A stretch of DNA of 49,249 nt from Steroidobacteraceae bacterium. Lineage in GTDB: Bacteria; Pseudomonadota; Gammaproteobacteria; Steroidobacterales; Steroidobacteraceae. The notes below the pieces were generated by a model. It saw only the letters and a list, made by a program, of their open reading frames with translations, searched no databases and was not told the DNA's origin. The stretch covers positions 1-49,249 of the forward strand of contig DATNKC010000446.1 in NCBI GenBank assembly GCA_035603615.1. Reading direction: 5' to 3'. This document shows positions 45,741-49,249 of the stretch, one piece after another. The position numbers were made by a program, and so were the translations under genes. How positions within the stretch are numbered: position 1 is the first letter of the stretch; every line of letters starts with the position of its first letter.

Positions 45741-47087
45741 TTATTGCACAGTCGCCGTGTACGTCGGCGCATCGCAGGTCACGCCGTTGCGTGTGAACGG
45801 GTTGACGTATATGGTCGCGGCGCCCAGAGCTGCCACAGTGCTTGCACTGTTGGCAACCACGGAGTGAGCCACGTTTGCTCCAGTGCCCGACGGGACACCC
45901 GGTATTGCCAATACATCGGCCAGATGTGGTGCGGTTGCCTCTGTCTGCAGCGCCGAGGTGATGAAACCCATCACATTGGCGTCCGCCTTGGAAGCAGGAT
46001 TGATGACGAACGTCGCTTCCACCCAAAACGGATAGGCGCCCGTCGCGGCACTCAAGTTGCTCGGCGCGACGCCATTCAGCGTGACCTTTGACACGCCCGT
46101 TGGCGGCGTCTGGTCGATGGTCGCGTACGTGATGGCGCCCTGTGTGGCGCCCACCGCGGTCAGCACATCGCCGGTGGAGAAGAAATCCGTGGCGCCGACC
46201 GCGTCAAACAAGGCACTGCCGCCGGTGGTGCAGACATCGCCCGCAATCAAAAGATCGGTGGCGGTACGGCTGCCCGAACCCTTTTCCCGGTTCACGATGG
46301 TAATGGCAAGTGGCGCGTTGGTCACCGCGTTGCCGTTGACATCGGTCACCAGGCTCCAATTCTTGATCTTGTGCGTGAGGATTTGCTGCACGGTTTGCAC
46401 GCTCAGGTTCAGCGGATTCTCCGTAAAGATGGTCGTGCCTTCGTTCACAAACAGCGCATACACCTCGCCGAAGAGCTGCGTGGCCGCAAGATTCACCAGG
46501 CCCGACGGGTTCACGGGTCCCCAAACAGTGGTCGAATAGGGTGTCGGATAGTTATTGCCGATCAACGCTGCCGGCTCGACATCGGCGATGCCGATGTCCA
46601 CGGTCTCTTTTGCAAGCGTTCCCGCGGGTCCGAATGAGTCATCGACGCCGTTGGTCGAACTGGTTCCGGTCACCGTGATGTTGCAAGGACTCGAGGTGCA
46701 GCCGCCGATGGTGCCCGCCACGAGACTCAGCTGATTGATCTGTTTTGAATTGACAATCGGCAGCATGCCGACGACCGAACCGCCCTCATCGCGGTAAAAA
46801 AAGTTGTAAACGCCCGCATTGATGGGGTTCGCTGCCGCCACCGGGACACAGGAGACCGCAAAAAAATTGGCATTGCCCGAACTATTGAAGATGAACGCGT
46901 TCGCCGCGCCACCGCATACATTTGTCTCCAGAGCACCGAGGACGGCATTCTTGGCCGCGGATGAGCCGGCGATGTAGACGTTATTGGTTGAGGTCTCAAT
47001 TTGCGCCAGGGTCGGCGGAGAGGCGTACGCCGCTCCGGTGCCCAGCACGGCAGCAATCGAAGCTGCCAGGGTCATTGTACGATTCAT
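45741..47087 (-). CDS. Secreted PstS-like (type-2 periplasmic binding protein fold) protein without transporter partners
   Basis: The ATG at 47087 has a GGAG RBS, and the signal peptide is MNRTMTLAASIAAVLGTGAAYA. PBP-like signatures are present: VYIAGSSAAKNA, ...QQILTHKIKNWS... and NREKGSGSRTAT. No permease or ATPase genes lie nearby. Confidence 0.75.
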   Translation of the reverse strand: MNRTMTLAASIAAVLGTGAAYASPPTLAQIETSTNNVYIAGSSAAKNAVLGALETNVCGGAANAFIFNSSGNANFFAVSCVPVAAANPINAGVYNFFYRDEGGSVVGMLPIVNSKQINQLSLVAGTIGGCTSSPCNITVTGTSSTNGVDDSFGPAGTLAKETVDIGIADVEPAALIGNNYPTPYSTTVWGPVNPSGLVNLAATQLFGEVYALFVNEGTTIFTENPLNLSVQTVQQILTHKIKNWSLVTDVNGNAVTNAPLAITIVNREKGSGSRTATDLLIAGDVCTTGGSALFDAVGATDFFSTGDVLTAVGATQGAITYATIDQTPPTGVSKVTLNGVAPSNLSAATGAYPFWVEATFVINPASKADANVMGFITSALQTEATAPHLADVLAIPGVPSGTGANVAHSVVANSASTVAALGAATIYVNPFTRNGVTCDAPTYTATVQ

Positions 47088-47130
47088 GGATAAACTCCAA
47101 ATTAAATGATGGATGCGTTCCCGGGTACCG

Positions 47131-47949
47131 TTAGGCTGCAATTGTCTTGCGGCGGCCGATTCCGAAGAGACCGAGCAGGCCACTGCCCAAGAGCCAGATG
47201 GCAGCAGGCAGCGGAACGGGCGCAGCAGCCGTCGAGAACACCAAGCCGGCAGCCGTCAACGTGACGTTGCCGAGCGCGGTGGTCTTCACCAGATTCGTCG
47301 AGGTCACGGAATCTCCGGTGACGCCGTACAGAGTCGCGCTCGTGCCGAGCCCGTTGACCAGATTGGTGGGTCCATTGGAATACCAATTGGAGGCGTTGGA
47401 AAACAGGATCGTCGGATCCCAACCGGCCGCGCCGCTCGCCGATGTCGCAAAGATATCCGCACTACCGCCAGGACCGCCGGTGACCGGACCGCCAGTGTTG
47501 GTGTTGAGAAGCGTCGCGGTATTTGTCATACCCGTCACCCAGCTACCCAGGTTGCCGCCCTTGCGGCCCGTCAATGTGCCTAAGGTGCTATTGGTGTCGG
47601 TAGTGACGAATTGCAGCGTGTTGGTGGTCTGCTGACCGCCGCCGCCCATGACAGCCCACTGAATCGTGTTGCCGGCTTGCGAACCCAACGCAATCAGGCT
47701 GGCGAGATTCGTGGTTGAGCCGTACAGCGTTTGGCCGTTGGTCAAGTTGCCGGTAACGCCGGTCGCACCATTCACTGTCACCGTGGTGTCGGCCGCAAAG
47801 GCGCCGATGACCGAGCCGCCGGAGATGACGTCGGCAAACAAAAAGACATCGCCGGGATTTGAACTTGAAGGAATCACGGCGCCGGCGTGGGCCGTTACGT
47901 ATCCCATGGCGAGCGCGCTGGCCACACCGATCTTAGCGAGAGTATTCAT
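47131..47949 (-). CDS. PEP-CTERM sorting-domain protein (G/T/N/S-rich)
   Basis: The ATG at 47949 has AGGAG 7 nt upstream; the track start is a TTG two codons earlier. A signal peptide is present. The C-terminus AAPVPLPAAIWLLGSGLLGLFGIGRRK is a textbook PEP-CTERM signal. Confidence 0.9.
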   Translation of the reverse strand: MNTLAKIGVASALAMGYVTAHAGAVIPSSSNPGDVFLFADVISGGSVIGAFAADTTVTVNGATGVTGNLTNGQTLYGSTTNLASLIALGSQAGNTIQWAVMGGGGQQTTNTLQFVTTDTNSTLGTLTGRKGGNLGSWVTGMTNTATLLNTNTGGPVTGGPGGSADIFATSASGAAGWDPTILFSNASNWYSNGPTNLVNGLGTSATLYGVTGDSVTSTNLVKTTALGNVTLTAAGLVFSTAAAPVPLPAAIWLLGSGLLGLFGIGRRKTIAA

Positions 47950-48248
47950 TAGCAAACTCCTAATAAAAGAATTGAAAGCAAGGTAATCATTCGCGCAGCG
48001 CGCTCCCCAATGAATCCCAAGTTGGTTTTTTTGGCGAACTCGATGCCTTGTCTGATCAACTGGGGCGCAGTTTGGGGACGGCAGATGGCAAGCGAGTGAG
48101 AGAATTGTGAACCTTTGCTCACAAAATGAACTTTAGAAAAGCGCGCTCGCGCCGATAACGGCAGCTTCTCGAATTTTGTGTAACGAATCGCCCGCGAACG
48201 TATGACACATGAATGACGCGCGTAGTCGAAATCGCCGATCCGCGTTGG

Positions 48249-48818
48249 TCACGGGATCTGTTGGCTGAAGTCCTTATATGATGGACTGCGCAGCGTCAAT
48301 TGATCGCCCGAAAGCATTTTCAGTCCTTGGTTCGAACCGAAATGTTTTTGCGTGCCGGCGCTCAAGACAAACTGCGTCTGCGAGGTTTCTTGCGTGGCGA
48401 TATTCACTTCAGTGGCTGTGATCGTGAGCGGCTCGCCGGATGAGTTGGAGATGATTCCTTCCTTCACTTGCCGGGAGACGTTGACAAGTTTGCCTTCGTC
48501 ATTTTCCTCTGCCGTGTAAGTCGCACGCTCGGAAAAGGCGAACACAATGGGCAGATCAGGTCCATCGTAATTGTCGGAAGGCGTTTCCTGCGCTCGATTG
48601 CCGGGAACCGGGGGTACGCTTGCGCGATCGACGGGTCCCGCGACCATCGGCGTCGGTATCAATGGTACGACAGGTGCCGGGGGAAGCGGTGTGGCTGGAC
48701 TCGTCGAAGGGATTGGCGCCGGCGCCGCGTTCTTTCCCGACCAATACAAGACGCCGCAAGCGACCGCGACCCCGATCAGCAGCGTCAATGTGATATGCAG
48801 GTCTTCGTGATTGGCCAA
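48249..48818 (-). CDS. Membrane-anchored proline-rich hypothetical protein
   Basis: 189 aa with a TTG start and GGAGAG 10 nt upstream. It has a single N-terminal TM helix (ITLTLLIGVAVACGVLYW), a Pro-rich linker and a globular C-terminus. No family recognised. Confidence 0.5.
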   Translation of the reverse strand: MANHEDLHITLTLLIGVAVACGVLYWSGKNAAPAPIPSTSPATPLPPAPVVPLIPTPMVAGPVDRASVPPVPGNRAQETPSDNYDGPDLPIVFAFSERATYTAEENDEGKLVNVSRQVKEGIISNSSGEPLTITATEVNIATQETSQTQFVLSAGTQKHFGSNQGLKMLSGDQLTLRSPSYKDFSQQIP

Positions 48819-48835
48819 CGCAGCAGATCTCTCCG

Positions 48836-49111
48836 CTACGCGGCCGACATCACCGAGCGCGCCAGTGGTTTTGCCGCGATTTGCGGGGATCCCATGTCGA
48901 TGTAGGTCAATTGATCGCCCAAGGCGTCGCGCAAATTCTCGAGCTCAGCCAATTGCGTACGCGCGCGCCGCCAGGCCGTCTCAGCGAGTTCCAGCACCTC
49001 ACGCAATACTTCGCATTCGGCTTCCGCAACCCGAACGGCCGTGATCGACGAAAACCAACGGCGCTCGAGAAGATTCGCCGCCGCATCCCGATCTGTGTAA
49101 CCGTCGATCAT
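48836..49111 (-). CDS. Small hypothetical protein (predicted helical/coiled-coil)
   Basis: 91-aa ORF on the same strand, 17 nt upstream of the next gene. E/L/R/A-rich helical sequence. No family recognised. Confidence 0.4.
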   Translation of the reverse strand: MIDGYTDRDAAANLLERRWFSSITAVRVAEAECEVLREVLELAETAWRRARTQLAELENLRDALGDQLTYIDMGSPQIAAKPLARSVMSAA

Positions 49112-49135
49112 ACGATCTCCTTGGAGGCGTCCGTC

Positions 49136-49249
49136 CTAGCCGAGCAAACGGTCTTCGAGCCTCTCTATCTTTGCCATGATGTGCGCTTTCGCCCCTTCCG
49201 CGCGCTCGAGTCGCGTTTGCGCCTTGGCAATGGCCGTTAGGCTCGGCTT
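49136..49249 (-). CDS. Hypothetical protein, 5' end outside the window
   Basis: Open frame entering from the right edge. It translates as ...KPSLTAIAKAQTRLERAEGAKAHIMAKIERLEDRLLG and ends at TAG (complement of 49136-49138). Confidence 0.4.
   Translation of the reverse strand, partial: KPSLTAIAKAQTRLERAEGAKAHIMAKIERLEDRLLG

Noticed and set aside
45232-46026. 264-aa minus-strand ORF spanning the tpsB N-terminus, the terminator hairpin and the end of the PBP-like gene
   Set aside because: It is out of frame with both real genes and crosses an intergenic terminator. It is Arg/Gly/Cys-rich.
1-49249. Exosortase (XrtA/EpsH), Wzy polymerase, priming sugar transferase, TonB-dependent receptor, transposase/integrase, and tRNA/rRNA genes
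   Set aside because: I looked for these among all track ORFs and in unassigned gaps. No ORF has the expected multi-TM exosortase or Wzy pattern, a plug-plus-barrel receptor pattern, or recombinase motifs. They are reported as absent from this window rather than as features.

Overview
Moderately GC-rich Gram-negative (proteobacterial-type) chromosomal segment, almost entirely devoted to cell-surface and matrix functions. No rRNA, tRNA, CRISPR array, transposase or integrase was seen.

(1) 1-3.5 kb holds small accessory genes: a partial hypothetical CDS missing from the ORF track, a DUF2200 protein, a secreted MBL-fold hydrolase and a RES/Xre toxin-antitoxin pair. It also holds a ~450-nt ORF-poor stretch whose + strand is very dense in GGA motifs, several in the loops of perfect hairpins. 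This is a candidate Csr/Rsm-type sponge sRNA.

(2) 3.5-4.2 kb is an AT-richer non-coding gap carrying a degenerate 18-nt direct repeat.

(3) 4.2-22.7 kb is an exopolysaccharide locus of the PEP-CTERM/exosortase-associated type. It encodes a secreted beta-helix protein, two CgeB-family glycosyltransferases, an FkbM methyltransferase, a flippase, AsnB-type amidotransferase, GT4/GT2/GT4 transferases, a secreted protein of unknown function, an ExeA-like ATPase, a BY-kinase-like ATPase, a chain-length determinant, an outer-membrane barrel and a short OPX exporter.

(4) 22.8-47.9 kb continues on the same strand. It encodes a PEP-CTERM cargo protein, an RHH-like regulator, a SEC-C/TPR sulfotransferase and a TPR-GT41 glycosyltransferase. 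Next comes an atypical ExbB(DUF2341/LamG-fused)-ExbD-TonB operon partnered with a porin-like barrel and a periplasmic coiled-coil protein. Then come a TpsB/TpsA two-partner-secretion pair with a ~3,413-aa exoprotein, an orphan PstS-like binding protein and a second PEP-CTERM protein.

(5) 48.2-49.2 kb holds three small uncharacterised genes.

The exosortase, priming transferase and Wzy polymerase are not in this window.

My best candidate for an undescribed system is the receptor-less TonB-type motor module (28376-33605) and its tight co-directional embedding between the giant TPS adhesin and the PEP-CTERM/EPS export genes. All functional calls rest on motif and family recognition by eye. No searches were run.
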